This document shows, piece by piece, positions 18,712 through 28,880 of a stretch of DNA of 53,582 bases; position 1 is the stretch's first letter, and every line of letters begins with the position of its first letter. The translations under genes and the position numbers were made by a program. This DNA comes from a virus (Duplodnaviria > Caudoviricetes): the IMG/VR virus record IMGVR_UViG_3300017971_000344, positions 1 to 53,582 of that record; one strand, written 5' to 3'. Under the pieces are notes generated by a model. It worked only from the letters and a program-made list of their open reading frames with translations. It was not told where the DNA came from and made no database searches.

Positions 18712-20232
18712 ATGGCGGACATCACCGTTACCAACTTGACCGGCAACACCATTGTGGTACCGGGCGGTTACTACATCAACACCATTGCACCGTATGGAAG
18801 TGCGACTTTTGACGTCGATGAGACTGACGAGTTCGCACAGGATTCCCGGATTGAGGCTTTGGTTGCCGCTGGAACTATTCGGCTGACTTACGATAGTGGC
18901 GACACCCAAGACAAACCGATTCCTTCGTACACTACGGCTAACTTGCCTGCAGCCAACACCGTAACTTCTGGCACTGTGGTTTATGACACCACGACCAAAG
19001 AGACACTGGTATCTGACGGAACCGCCTGGAGCGTTGCTGCCAATGGTGGTGCTGTTTCGCTCACCGCCGGTGGTACTGCTATCGCGGCTAGCCGTTTTGT
19101 TGGTCTGAACAACAGCGCTGCTTTGGCCGTGTCTCCGTTCACCAACGAACGTATGGTAGGTGTGTCTACTGCTGCTATTGGAGCTGCTAGCGTAGGTACT
19201 GTGCAGCTTGCTGGTGCTGTAGAAGTAATGCCCAGCTCGGCTATCGCGGCTGATAACGAGCTGATTGCTGTTCCGGGTGGATTTGCTGCACCATTCCAGG
19301 CTGCGGCGGTCTCGCTCGGTACGGCTGTTGCGGGTGCGGATGCCTCTGATGACGTCCTACAAGCTAATCTGCCAGACACTGTTCAGGCTGTGTGCGCTGG
19401 CAACGAGACCGGCAACACAATGATCATCTACGGTGACGTTGGTGGTACCTACACCAAAGAGACCGTTACACTCGGTACCGCGGCGACGTATACCAGTACC
19501 AATACCTGGGCTGTTGTATACGCTGTTTCTATTACAGCTGCCGCTACAGGTACTATCGATGTAGAAGATGGTAGCAGCACAGCAAACCTCTTCCCACAGA
19601 TTGCTGGTGCTACGGCAGCTCGCGTCTACGGCGCTATCGTTCCTGACGTAGCTACTGACCCCGAAGGCCAGCACTGCCAAATCAAGGCTGGCGGCGCTAA
19701 CGCCTCTGACGTGGTACTGTGGGGTACCGACTATGCGGGTAACGAACAGGCCGAGGTCGTGACGATGAACGGCACTACCTGGGTAGAAGGCACTCTCGCC
19801 TTCCGTTCACTCGACTACGTGTTCATCGGCGCCGATGGTATTGCTTGGAACGCTGGTGTGACGAGTCAGTACGATCAGCAGGTAGAGGCCAACGAGCGCA
19901 ACGAGATTCGTGCCTACGCACTCGAGGCGCAAGCTACCGCTGGTTCTACCGTGCGTGCGCTGTTGCTGCCGCAGGGCCAGGGTCTCGACCTAGCCACTTC
20001 GCCTGTACCGTTCCACAACAGTCAAGTAAGTTGGGGTGGTGGTGCTGCTACTACGACCGCAACCGTGTATGGTGTCTTGGCTACTGACGTAATTCACGCT
20101 ACCCTGAATTCCTCGACCAATGTGGTTACGCTAGACAAAGCCCAGCGTACCGCAGCCAATACCATTACGCTTACTTTCTCAGCAGACCCCGGTGCCGCTA
20201 CTACGGTGGGTCTGACAGTGTGGCGTCCGTAA
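18712..20232 (+). CDS. Ala/Thr/Gly-rich structural protein (head decoration/cement-like)
   Basis: AGGAG RBS; beta-rich; DUF2190-like segments (MVGVSTAAI...AGAVEV...AYALEAQATAG). Confidence 0.6.
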   Translation: MADITVTNLTGNTIVVPGGYYINTIAPYGSATFDVDETDEFAQDSRIEALVAAGTIRLTYDSGDTQDKPIPSYTTANLPAANTVTSGTVVYDTTTKETLVSDGTAWSVAANGGAVSLTAGGTAIAASRFVGLNNSAALAVSPFTNERMVGVSTAAIGAASVGTVQLAGAVEVMPSSAIAADNELIAVPGGFAAPFQAAAVSLGTAVAGADASDDVLQANLPDTVQAVCAGNETGNTMIIYGDVGGTYTKETVTLGTAATYTSTNTWAVVYAVSITAAATGTIDVEDGSSTANLFPQIAGATAARVYGAIVPDVATDPEGQHCQIKAGGANASDVVLWGTDYAGNEQAEVVTMNGTTWVEGTLAFRSLDYVFIGADGIAWNAGVTSQYDQQVEANERNEIRAYALEAQATAGSTVRALLLPQGQGLDLATSPVPFHNSQVSWGGGAATTTATVYGVLATDVIHATLNSSTNVVTLDKAQRTAANTITLTFSADPGAATTVGLTVWRP

Positions 20233-20239
20233 AACAATC

Positions 20240-20281
20240 GGTAGGGCTTAGTATGTAGCTAAGCCCTACCATTTCCTTTTC
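20240..20281 (+). terminator. Rho-independent terminator
   Basis: GGTAGGGCTTAG/CTAAGCCCTACC 12-bp stem followed by a T-rich tract. Confidence 0.75.
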
Positions 20282-20295
20282 TGGAGATTTTGATT

Positions 20296-20715
20296 ATGCC
20301 GAACATTACGGTCTACAACCTTCATTCTAGCCCTTTGACTGTACCTGGTGGATGGTACACCAGCAGTATTCCTGCCAACAGCGCGGCGACGTTCCATGTA
20401 GACGACGTCGACGAGTTTGTCGAGGAGTCTCGGTTTGCCGCTATGGTGACCGGCGGCTACTTCCGTTGGGAAGCCTCTACAGGCGGCATGACATATAATC
20501 GCCAGTTGGTTAGTTTTGGCGGCGGTGCTGCCACTACAACTGCTACGGTCAAAGGTGTTGCCGCTACTGATTGCATTTTTGCTACGCTCAATACCAGCAC
20601 CAATGTGGTTTACATTGTAAAGGCCGGCCGAACAGCTGCCGATACCGTAACGATCACCTTCTCTGGTGACCCCGGTGCCGCCACTACGGTGTCGTTAGTA
20701 GTATTTCGCCCGTAA
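20296..20715 (+). CDS. Short paralogue of 18712..20232 (N- and C-terminal domains only)
   Basis: ITVxNL...VPGGxY...DEF N-terminus and GGGAATTTATV...DPGAATTV...RP C-terminus shared. Confidence 0.8.
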   Translation: MPNITVYNLHSSPLTVPGGWYTSSIPANSAATFHVDDVDEFVEESRFAAMVTGGYFRWEASTGGMTYNRQLVSFGGGAATTTATVKGVAATDCIFATLNTSTNVVYIVKAGRTAADTVTITFSGDPGAATTVSLVVFRP

Positions 20716-20730
20716 GTCACCCAACACCTG

Positions 20731-21774
20731 ATGGGTATCCTCGACTACCACTACAAAAACCTGCTGCCTGCAGTTTGGTCTCCCGATGGAGATCCTACTA
20801 TGCGTTTTCGTGCGCAAATCGACGAGCAGGTGTCAGATCGCTTTCCCAACGCCAAAGATGTATTGTTGGTAGGAGATGCTGTTAGCCATTACTGGAAGCC
20901 AGACTCAGATGTAGACGTACTGTTGTTGGTTGACCAAGACGATGTGCCAGACGCTCGCGCCCAGTTAGATCGAGTCAACGGACACCCCTTGGCCAATACG
21001 AACAACAACGTCTACTTCTGGGTTTTTGGGTCTAACGTATCGCCGAACGTCATCGCCAAGCATTTTGGGCCTATCTACAGTCTCGGTACCAGTGTTTGGT
21101 ATGGTAAGCACGTTCAGGACGAGATGGAGCTTCGTCGCGCCGCTGGTTTACTGCAGCGAGCTAACTGGAAGCTGTTTCGTGCCAAGTATATGGATGATCC
21201 TTTTCCGTATACATGGAAAGTCCTGAAGGTAGGATTCTCTACCTTGAGCGCTGCTGAGCGGACAGATATGCTCGATGCAATTCGATATCGAGTAGCACAG
21301 ATAGACCGAAATGTGACTGAGCTTCTCCGCACACAACCAAAAGAAATCTGGCGTGCCGCTGAAGATTTCGATCAATACCTACAAGCAACCGAAGAAGTTC
21401 CGTTGGACGCTGATCAGCTTCCTCGTAAAGTTGTGTTGGCTATTTTGCACAGGTTTCGCTACGAAGATTTACTGGCTACTTTGGAGAGCGTGGACGATAG
21501 ACTTACTCGCCACGAGCAATACCAGAATCGAACAGCCGCTCCTAGAAATAGGAAAGAAGATGGTGTTAGCGTTAAGATCCTTCGTGATCGTCTGCTTCAA
21601 ATCTCGGACATGCTGTTGCAGCAGCAAGGCGGTTCCGCACGTGCAATAGAGTCGATGTATGCGCAGATTCAGCACCTGCTGGAAAACAGTAGGTACGTTC
21701 TGACGGACATGCGCCGACGACGGATAGCCTATTTAATCTACCGTCGATACTACCTCGGCAAACAGGAAAAGTAA
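20731..21774 (+). CDS. Pol-beta superfamily nucleotidyltransferase-like protein
   Basis: LVGDAVSHYWKPDSDVDVLLLVD. Confidence 0.6.
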   Translation: MGILDYHYKNLLPAVWSPDGDPTMRFRAQIDEQVSDRFPNAKDVLLVGDAVSHYWKPDSDVDVLLLVDQDDVPDARAQLDRVNGHPLANTNNNVYFWVFGSNVSPNVIAKHFGPIYSLGTSVWYGKHVQDEMELRRAAGLLQRANWKLFRAKYMDDPFPYTWKVLKVGFSTLSAAERTDMLDAIRYRVAQIDRNVTELLRTQPKEIWRAAEDFDQYLQATEEVPLDADQLPRKVVLAILHRFRYEDLLATLESVDDRLTRHEQYQNRTAAPRNRKEDGVSVKILRDRLLQISDMLLQQQGGSARAIESMYAQIQHLLENSRYVLTDMRRRRIAYLIYRRYYLGKQEK

Positions 21775-22547
21775 TGACCAAAACTACTACTGTGTACGGA
21801 TCTGTAGTGTTGACTGGATCTACCGACAACCTAGATGCCGCCAAGTCGTCCTTAGCTTCACGCTACCAATGTTATCACTATCGAGACAATGCGATGTTGG
21901 TAGCGGACATAGCGGCCCATGAACTTGGAGAAATCGAGCGAGCTGCCAAGGACAACAATGTCCGCGTAGAACAGATTCGTGACGCCAGAACCGTTACGGC
22001 GGAGGAAGAACCTGTAGAGCAACCTAAACAGCCTAACATGGACCTGATTGCTGGCGGTTGGTATAAAACCAACGCAGATGAGCTTCCTTTGATTCACGTA
22101 ATTGCGGCTCGAAATGAAGTTCGTCCCGACGGTATTCAGGTTTGGTTGTTCGACGTTGACTTTGTAGCTGCCGACGCGCTACCCAAACCTGCTACCCTGT
22201 CCGTAGAACAACTGAAGAGCTACAACCCAAAGCCAGCCAGCTTGGACGACTTTGACCGGTTGGACATCATTCCGCCTGATGGGTTTGAGCCCACCCCACA
22301 TGCAATTCCTTCGGTTGATGATGACCAGGAAGAGTTCGCAGACAAAACCGAAGACATCTCTGGTGTCTCTCTGCCGCAAGCACAAGCAGCGGTTCAGCAA
22401 CTACAGCAGATGCCTGGTTTGCGTTCTGCCGAGGTAGACATAGTACAAATTGCTCCCGGTGCTGGGTTCTATCTTCGAGCTAAGCCTCTTCGCCGTTTTG
22501 CTAGTCTACCCACCAAGGTGGCGGGTACCGCGGTTCTGTATCGATGA
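21774..22547 (+). CDS. Hypothetical protein
   Basis: Coupled ORF. Confidence 0.65.
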   Translation: MTKTTTVYGSVVLTGSTDNLDAAKSSLASRYQCYHYRDNAMLVADIAAHELGEIERAAKDNNVRVEQIRDARTVTAEEEPVEQPKQPNMDLIAGGWYKTNADELPLIHVIAARNEVRPDGIQVWLFDVDFVAADALPKPATLSVEQLKSYNPKPASLDDFDRLDIIPPDGFEPTPHAIPSVDDDQEEFADKTEDISGVSLPQAQAAVQQLQQMPGLRSAEVDIVQIAPGAGFYLRAKPLRRFASLPTKVAGTAVLYR

Positions 22548-23191
22548 GTTGCAACATCTGTGACAAATTCCCGCTGAAGCGTGTGCAGAGTATAGACAAG
22601 CATCTGCTTGACGGGAAACGGTCTTTGATGGCTATCGCGGATCACTACCAGGTGGATATGAGTGACCTGCGTATGCACCTGACCACCTGTGTGCAAGGTC
22701 AGATGGTTCCTAGCGAAGATGCAGAGCTGCTGCAGTCACAGCAGCTACTACAGACAATCATTTTGCAGCTGCAGGACGACGTAGCTAAAGGTCGTCATTT
22801 AGAGTTTGATCCTGAGTCTGGAATCGACGGCCGTAGTATTTTTAGTAATTTACTACAGGCGATGCGTGAGCACCGCGAGACCGTGGTGACGCGCAATAAG
22901 ATTCGCACGTCTGAGGAGATTTACTCTGGTTTACAGGAGAACGTGCTGACACCCTTCATCAGCACCGTCACTAAGATCTGTATTGACGAGAGTCGTAAAA
23001 CGCGTGATGAATTGTTCGGCATCACGAAGCATCATGAAGATCTTCACCCGAAAATAAAAAAGGCTATCGATGAGATGCTGGAACGAATTGCAGACCGCAT
23101 GAGTACTGAGGCTGTGAGTGATGCTCCTGAGCGAGTCAAAGCAGTTTTGGACGCAAAAAAGCAGAAGCAACCCAGCGCTACCAAACACTAG
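22544..23191 (+). CDS. Zn/HTH protein, terminase small subunit candidate
   Basis: CNIC...IADHYQVDMSDLRMH...C then a helical body; function inferred. Confidence 0.4.
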   Translation: MSCNICDKFPLKRVQSIDKHLLDGKRSLMAIADHYQVDMSDLRMHLTTCVQGQMVPSEDAELLQSQQLLQTIILQLQDDVAKGRHLEFDPESGIDGRSIFSNLLQAMREHRETVVTRNKIRTSEEIYSGLQENVLTPFISTVTKICIDESRKTRDELFGITKHHEDLHPKIKKAIDEMLERIADRMSTEAVSDAPERVKAVLDAKKQKQPSATKH

Positions 23192-23207
23192 ACCTATTTT
23201 CTAATCC

Positions 23208-23250
23208 TGCCCGCCGTCGTCCTGCTGGATCACTGGCGGGCATTGTTTTC
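23208..23250 (+). terminator. Probable terminator
   Basis: TGCCCGCC...GGCGGGCA followed by TTGTTTT. Confidence 0.55.
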
Positions 23251-23343
23251 CTTGACACCTACGTCCTGTAGGTGTAAACCAACTCCCAACCCAACACGTT
23301 ACTATCTAACCAACGCAGCCCGGAGGCTGCACGAGGTCTTGTT

Positions 23344-24168
23344 TTGCGATGCATACTCACGTTTATTTTCATTTTGGCGATCGTTCCTACGGCAACGGCC
23401 GCCCCCGCTAGAGCCTCTCAAACCAACTACACCTGCGGAGGAATGCAGCAGCTAGAACAGTTCATCGACGATACACTACGGCGTACTGGATACAAAAAAC
23501 GTTTCAGGCGCCGAATCGCCGGTCCGTTGTCTAAACGCATTACGGCTGAAGCTGCTCGCTTCAAGCTAGATCCTCTGGCGATGGCTGCCGTAGCGTTGGT
23601 AGAGACGGGGTTTAATCCATACGTACGCGGCCGGTACGGCGGCCCCGGCAACTGGCAAAACGAAGCCGGTGTGTGGCAGTTAATTCCTGGCGATTCGCCT
23701 GTGCGCGCTGCCAACAAAACAGTTGTGGGCTGTAGGCCAGGTGGAAGAGCGGCGCGTTGGTGGACAAAAGTATGGAAGTATCGCTACCAAGGAAAGAAGT
23801 GCCTATACCCAGATGTAGCGAAGCATCGAACCAACGTAGGTCGCTTCCGAAGAAAAGAGCTGAAAAACATCTACGTGGGTACCTGGATTGCGGCGTTCGA
23901 GATGAGACGTCATATCGATGGATGCAAAAAGCGCCGTCCGCGCGGACATCGATGGCACACCCCAAACTGGCTCAAGCGATGGAAACGCCGACACCCCTCA
24001 TTTGTCATTACAAAGCTCGAACGGTACTTACATTATAACTGGGGCAGTCGCCAGCTACCTAAGAGTCGCTACCGGTACGCTTTGTTTTCTCGATATGAGC
24101 GTGTACTAAAGGGTGTATGCAAACGTACTCACCCGTCGACAACAGCAACACTTCAAGCTTCCCATTGA
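23344..24168 (+). CDS. Lytic transglycosylase (SLT-like) with signal peptide
   Basis: LDPLAMAAVALVETGFNP...GVWQL; hydrophobic N-terminus. Confidence 0.7.
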   Translation: MRCILTFIFILAIVPTATAAPARASQTNYTCGGMQQLEQFIDDTLRRTGYKKRFRRRIAGPLSKRITAEAARFKLDPLAMAAVALVETGFNPYVRGRYGGPGNWQNEAGVWQLIPGDSPVRAANKTVVGCRPGGRAARWWTKVWKYRYQGKKCLYPDVAKHRTNVGRFRRKELKNIYVGTWIAAFEMRRHIDGCKKRRPRGHRWHTPNWLKRWKRRHPSFVITKLERYLHYNWGSRQLPKSRYRYALFSRYERVLKGVCKRTHPSTTATLQASH

Positions 24169-24218
24169 CTCGCTGTAAAACCTTCTTAGGAAACACTTGA
24201 GGTCATGCAAATAAATGC

Positions 24219-24247
24219 TTGACACACGCCAGCAGTCATTGTATGCT
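24219..24247 (+). promoter_or_regulatory. Sigma70-type promoter
   Basis: TTGACA-17nt-TATGCT. Confidence 0.7.
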
Positions 24248-24302
24248 GGCTTCACATCAAGGGGATGATCCCCAAAACAACCCGTACGGAGGACATAACC
24301 AA

Positions 24303-24647
24303 ATGAGCAACCACTACCGACAAGGCGACGTACTTCCCCTGAAGCGCAATGATCTCTCGATCGAGAAGCTGCGCGAGCAGGCTGAGTCCGTTTCCAAAAA
24401 CCGCTGCATCCTGGCGGAGGGTGAGGCCACCGGCCACGCCCACCGTGTTGAAGAGCAGCCCCGTAACGGCGAGTCCGTCGAGATGTTCATGCTGAATAGT
24501 CAGCCGATCCTGTACATCCCGGAGTCGTTTGGGCCGACCAAGGTTCAGCATGAGGAGCACGCCGCCATTACGCTCGAGCCCGGCTGCTACGAGATTCGTC
24601 AGCAGCGCGAGTACCGCGACGGCGAGATCCGCAACGTGATGGACTAA
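24303..24647 (+). CDS. Conserved His-rich protein usually paired with DUF6745 proteins
   Basis: YRQGDV, LAEGEATGHAH, HEEH, RQQREY; GGAGG RBS. Confidence 0.8.
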   Translation: MSNHYRQGDVLPLKRNDLSIEKLREQAESVSKNRCILAEGEATGHAHRVEEQPRNGESVEMFMLNSQPILYIPESFGPTKVQHEEHAAITLEPGCYEIRQQREYRDGEIRNVMD

Positions 24648-24666
24648 CGTCACCCAACCCCAGCAC

Positions 24667-24703
24667 TGCCCGCGTGTGACTAACTTGCACGCGGGCATTT
24701 TTG
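24667..24703 (+). terminator. Rho-independent terminator
   Basis: TGCCCGCGTG...CACGCGGGCA followed by TTTTT. Confidence 0.8.
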
Positions 24704-25069
24704 TTGGTACAGTAGACTATGACCAGTCTAATCGCTAAGCAGCTCTGTTATGACCGGCTCCCGGTAGTGCAGCCGTACTATCCTATTGTTGGTATTCCAA
24801 GTTGTCTAACTAACCATGGGAGAACTAGGTCCACTGTTGTGGTACGGTTAAATAGAATCGACAGTCGGCCCGAAGTTTCTAACCTGCGCGATGATCTGTG
24901 GTTCCGTCTCGTTCACCACCTGCTTGGTTAAAAATGCACTCGACTCGAAAATTGTGTTGACAACCGACACAACCTGTGGTTTACTTCCCCAGTAGACAGA
25001 AAAAACAAAGGAACTGAAAATCCACTACCGCGGCTTGGCCGCAAACAAACCTGTCAACAGGAGGACGAA

Positions 25070-26059
25070 TTGATTAAAGAACTGACACCCGAACAAGAGG
25101 AACTGATGGAGGTCGTTCGCGACGAATGGCTTGGTATCGGTCTCGCAACCCAGAAGAGCATGAACCGCGAAGCGGCCAAGGAGGCGGTCAAGCAGTCGTA
25201 CGCGTGTGCGAACCTCAAGCTGCCTGAGTACGTCTTCTTTGCCCGGTCGCCCAAGGAAGGGGCACTCAAAACGGCACTGCTGAAGCAGCAGAATCCCGAA
25301 GCCAGCTGGGACATCCAGCCGTACCACGCATCGGTGTTGACCAAGAAGGCCACCAAGCTGATGAAGGAAGACAAACTTCCCGAAGATATTGCGAAATTCG
25401 CTCAGGAGGCCTTCCAATGGGCGTGTTATGGACAACATGACGCCGGTTGGTTGAGTTTCTACGATTTCTTCAGCCGCATCGGTGTCGAAGGCCTGGAGCA
25501 GCTTGAGGGTCTCAAACAGGCAGCGCGGTGGTGTGGTTGGTGGTGGCCGATGGAGAACATTGTGGTGATCTCGGAGCGTCCGGGCTCTCTGTTCCGTGAC
25601 GACCAGGGTCGGCTGCACTGTGAGGACCGTAAGGCCATCAGCTACTCAGATGATTGGGGCCTCTACGTGTGGCACGGTACCAACGTACCTGAGTACGTGA
25701 TCGAGCGACCCGAGTCCATCACAGTCGATGACATCATGAAGGAAGCCAACGCCGAGATCCGCCGTATCAAAATCGAGCGGATGGGCGAGAACACTTTCCT
25801 CGATCGTGCCAACGCACAGCTGCTCGACGAAGACCTGGATGCCTTCCAGTTTCCGCGGAAGCTCTGGAAAGTCGATTTCAACAACGGGAATGAGGATCCC
25901 TGGGTGGCGGTGCAGGTTACCAACTCCACCAAAGAGCCCGACGGAACACATCGGCAGTTTGTGATCCCGGTTCCGCCAGACATGCGAACGGCCGCCCAGG
26001 CCATCGCATGGACCTTCCAGATGGATCCAGACGAGTACAAACCCCTACAGGAAACCTAG
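25070..26059 (+). CDS. DUF6745-like protein
   Basis: YGQHDAGWL, CGWWWP, SERP, GRLHCED, YVWHG, NAEIRR, NSTKEPDG; AGGAGG RBS. Confidence 0.8.
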   Translation: MIKELTPEQEELMEVVRDEWLGIGLATQKSMNREAAKEAVKQSYACANLKLPEYVFFARSPKEGALKTALLKQQNPEASWDIQPYHASVLTKKATKLMKEDKLPEDIAKFAQEAFQWACYGQHDAGWLSFYDFFSRIGVEGLEQLEGLKQAARWCGWWWPMENIVVISERPGSLFRDDQGRLHCEDRKAISYSDDWGLYVWHGTNVPEYVIERPESITVDDIMKEANAEIRRIKIERMGENTFLDRANAQLLDEDLDAFQFPRKLWKVDFNNGNEDPWVAVQVTNSTKEPDGTHRQFVIPVPPDMRTAAQAIAWTFQMDPDEYKPLQET

Positions 26060-26063
26060 GATT

Positions 26064-26135
26064 GATGGGTTTGGGTGCGCAATAAACTCCTTGCAACCCC
26101 CTTCGTTCGTTCGTCACTGCGCACCCAAACCCATC
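26064..26135. repeat. 18-bp perfect inverted repeat with 36-nt loop
   Basis: GATGGGTTTGGGTGCGCA / TGCGCACCCAAACCCATC. Confidence 0.9.
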
Positions 26136-26320
26136 CTCTATAATGACCAATCGAGTCAATATCGATCCCTTCTGGATTAGCCTGGGTGTGGTACCCGATA
26201 AGGCTTCTAGAACAAATACACGCCAGGACCGCGTTTAGGTGGATCGCACCCTCACACGGGTGCGTGAGATTGAAACTTAAACTATAACGGTAAACTCTAG
26301 TGGAACCAGGAGAAATTTCT

Positions 26321-26704
26321 ATGGCCCACTATTTTACCAAAGACGGTCGCCGTGTCAGCATTTTCAATCCCATCACACAGGCAGAGCTTTCTAGTATCCC
26401 CGACGCTCGTAGTTGGTCTGGCCGCGAAGATCTGATCAGTGACGCTTCATACCAAGAACTACAAAAGTTGGTGGTAGACGCGTTCGCTGTCGAGTCAGAT
26501 GACTACATTCTGGGATTCGTCAGCGGATTCAATGGGGCTATGACGCGTGTCAAATCGATGGTGTCAGACGAGGCGGAATATGAAACAGTGTGGAACAATC
26601 TCATGCTGATGCTGTCTGAGGCAGCTCGATTTGTTTCGCCTGACGCAGCTGATGACGAAACATCTTACATCACCCTACCGGAACCTGGCTCCCAGAACAA
26701 TTAA
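26321..26704 (+). CDS. Hypothetical protein
   Basis: AGGAG RBS before ATG 26321. Confidence 0.7.
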   Translation: MAHYFTKDGRRVSIFNPITQAELSSIPDARSWSGREDLISDASYQELQKLVVDAFAVESDDYILGFVSGFNGAMTRVKSMVSDEAEYETVWNNLMLMLSEAARFVSPDAADDETSYITLPEPGSQNN

Positions 26705-26756
26705 ATAGTTGTAAAACATCGATGCGACAACAAAAACCAAAGAGGAGGTCGCACCG

Positions 26757-27269
26757 ATGAGAAGCCCACAGGATCAAAAATTAGCTGAATTTGTAGCCTT
26801 GTCCAAGTGTCTGCCTACGTTGGTAGAGAAGATCGACGGCGAAGGACCAAAACAAAGCGACATACGACAGCAGTTGGCTATTAGCGTCATGACACAAATG
26901 AGCCAGCTTCTGGCAAGCTGGTTTCCGTGTCCATCCAAACCCACTCTGCCTGATGTCCCTATTTCCACAGACGGTACTGGACCAGCAGTCACAATCGGTG
27001 ACATCGGATCCCAAACTACTGCCGCCAACGTAACAGAAAAGATTACGCCTGACAACGAAGTGTGGCGAGCTGAGCGTCAGTTGGTGCAGGAGCGCATTCT
27101 CTCGGTCATCAGTAATAAGCTTGACGACGTAATGCCCGCGGACAGTCCCGGCACCATGATCGATATTGATGCTGATGGGTATGTGCGTGCTTACGTTATT
27201 CCAGACGCTTCTAGCAAGGAACCACTCAATATTTTTCGGTTCGCCGTGCAGCTTAAGCCAATCGACTAG
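26757..27269 (+). CDS. Hypothetical protein
   Basis: GAGGAGG RBS; TGTAAAAC upstream. Confidence 0.75.
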   Translation: MRSPQDQKLAEFVALSKCLPTLVEKIDGEGPKQSDIRQQLAISVMTQMSQLLASWFPCPSKPTLPDVPISTDGTGPAVTIGDIGSQTTAANVTEKITPDNEVWRAERQLVQERILSVISNKLDDVMPADSPGTMIDIDADGYVRAYVIPDASSKEPLNIFRFAVQLKPID

Positions 27270-27351
27270 CCTACTTCTTTGCGGTTGTCATGGCTTGACG
27301 ACTGTCAACTTACCTACATTTGACGTTATCCTTTAACAGGAGAACCCTGCG

Positions 27352-28086
27352 ATGCAGAAGTTTGCCGAAATTACGAGTTTGGTGTATCCGCTTCAAGAGA
27401 TACAGGACCGAGCTTCTCTCGAAATTCCTACAGAGTACTTTCGCGAGGAATCTATCTCCGAGTCGTCCGACCAGCAGATAGCGCATTATCGTCTGACCTA
27501 CTACGTACGTGCTGACAATGATCCATCAGGCGAAACAATAGACGTGCGTGCGAAGTTCGATCAGATCGTGCCTGATGTCATGCGCAACAACGACTACGCA
27601 GATATGGTCTGGGAAATTACCGAAGATGAACGCGGACGGAACGAGCGGGGCATCACCGTTACCGTTACGTGGGAAGAAGACCAGCCGCAAGAAGAGCCTT
27701 TGTTCACCGGCGCATATCGACAAGCCAATGACGCTATGTCGGTTGTGCCGCTGACCGTATACGCTGACCAAGACGTCTACAATGTGGCCACTGACGGCAA
27801 CACCTTTCAGGTACTCCACAACGGCAAACCAGTGGTGGAAGATGCACCTAGTGCTGCTTACGCCCTTGGAGCAATGGTACCGCTGCTGCGTGATGCTCTA
27901 CAGCAGATAGAGCACACTAATGGCATGGAGCCTTCCGGTTCAAACGATTTTCTCGCCGGCATCGCTATGGCGATCGTTGATTCTCCTGAAATTACCGATG
28001 AGGCTAAAGAGCATTTTGTTACGTTTTATGAGTTGACTACGCTGAGGGATTGGGACGCGGTGACGGAAGATCCTGACGAGATATAG
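27352..28086 (+). CDS. Hypothetical acidic protein
   Basis: AGGAG RBS. Confidence 0.7.
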   Translation: MQKFAEITSLVYPLQEIQDRASLEIPTEYFREESISESSDQQIAHYRLTYYVRADNDPSGETIDVRAKFDQIVPDVMRNNDYADMVWEITEDERGRNERGITVTVTWEEDQPQEEPLFTGAYRQANDAMSVVPLTVYADQDVYNVATDGNTFQVLHNGKPVVEDAPSAAYALGAMVPLLRDALQQIEHTNGMEPSGSNDFLAGIAMAIVDSPEITDEAKEHFVTFYELTTLRDWDAVTEDPDEI

Positions 28087-28632
28087 ATGACCTTCTATGT
28101 GTTAGCTTCAGCTTTCTCTGCCTTCAAAGACATTATGGCGGTCTTTGGTGGATTTATCACGATCGCGGCTACCGTGTTCGGTATATGGCTAGCTCTGCGC
28201 AAAAGAGCTGAAACCAAACGGCGGCAGGAACGCGACGACAATATGGAACTGAGCGGTAAGTTTGCTACGCTGGAAACCAAAGTAGACTATCTTCGCGATG
28301 CGGCTGATGGCATCGAACGTCAATACAAAGAGTTTCGTGATTCTGCTTTGCAAGAGCAACAGGAACTCATGAAGCAATTGCAACAGCTGCGTACCCGCAG
28401 TGACCAATACCAAAAAGAAGCGGATGTAGATTCTCTGCGTAGTGAGGTGCGGAGAATCCAGGATCACTTACGTCGTCTTGATGAAGATTTCAGACATCAT
28501 CGAGACATGGTGCTGGAGAAGTATCTGACTTTGGCTAGTTATCAGAACGACCTTCTGATGTGGACAAAGTCATTTGATGACCTTCGGCAGTCGTTGCGGG
28601 ACGTACAGCAAACATTAACCAAGAGGATCTAA
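28087..28632 (+). CDS. Membrane-anchored coiled-coil protein
   Basis: N-terminal TM segment followed by heptads. Confidence 0.65.
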   Translation: MTFYVLASAFSAFKDIMAVFGGFITIAATVFGIWLALRKRAETKRRQERDDNMELSGKFATLETKVDYLRDAADGIERQYKEFRDSALQEQQELMKQLQQLRTRSDQYQKEADVDSLRSEVRRIQDHLRRLDEDFRHHRDMVLEKYLTLASYQNDLLMWTKSFDDLRQSLRDVQQTLTKRI

Positions 28633-28634
28633 CG

Positions 28635-28880
28635 GTGCAAGACGGAAACGGCGACGGAAAATCTCCAATGGTGAAAACTTCTAGTGGGCTTGAGGTAGAG
28701 CAAGAAGGTGAGCGTCGGCCCATTACGGAAGTGATCAACACATACGAACTGGCCGGCGACGACATCCGAGCCAAGCTGATGGCTTCACTCAAAGCAGCCA
28801 TCATGGAAGCTCGAGAGACCAGGAAACAAGCAAAGCGTTACGTTGCTCGGCAGGCCGAACAAACAGCACACGTTGGATGA
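28635..28880 (+). CDS. Hypothetical protein
   Basis: Fills gap; coupled to the terminase gene. Confidence 0.55.
   Translation: MQDGNGDGKSPMVKTSSGLEVEQEGERRPITEVINTYELAGDDIRAKLMASLKAAIMEARETRKQAKRYVARQAEQTAHVG

Noticed and set aside
24719-24931. 70-aa ORF between the DUF6745 module genes
   Set aside because: No clear RBS or motif; cannot be supported as a gene
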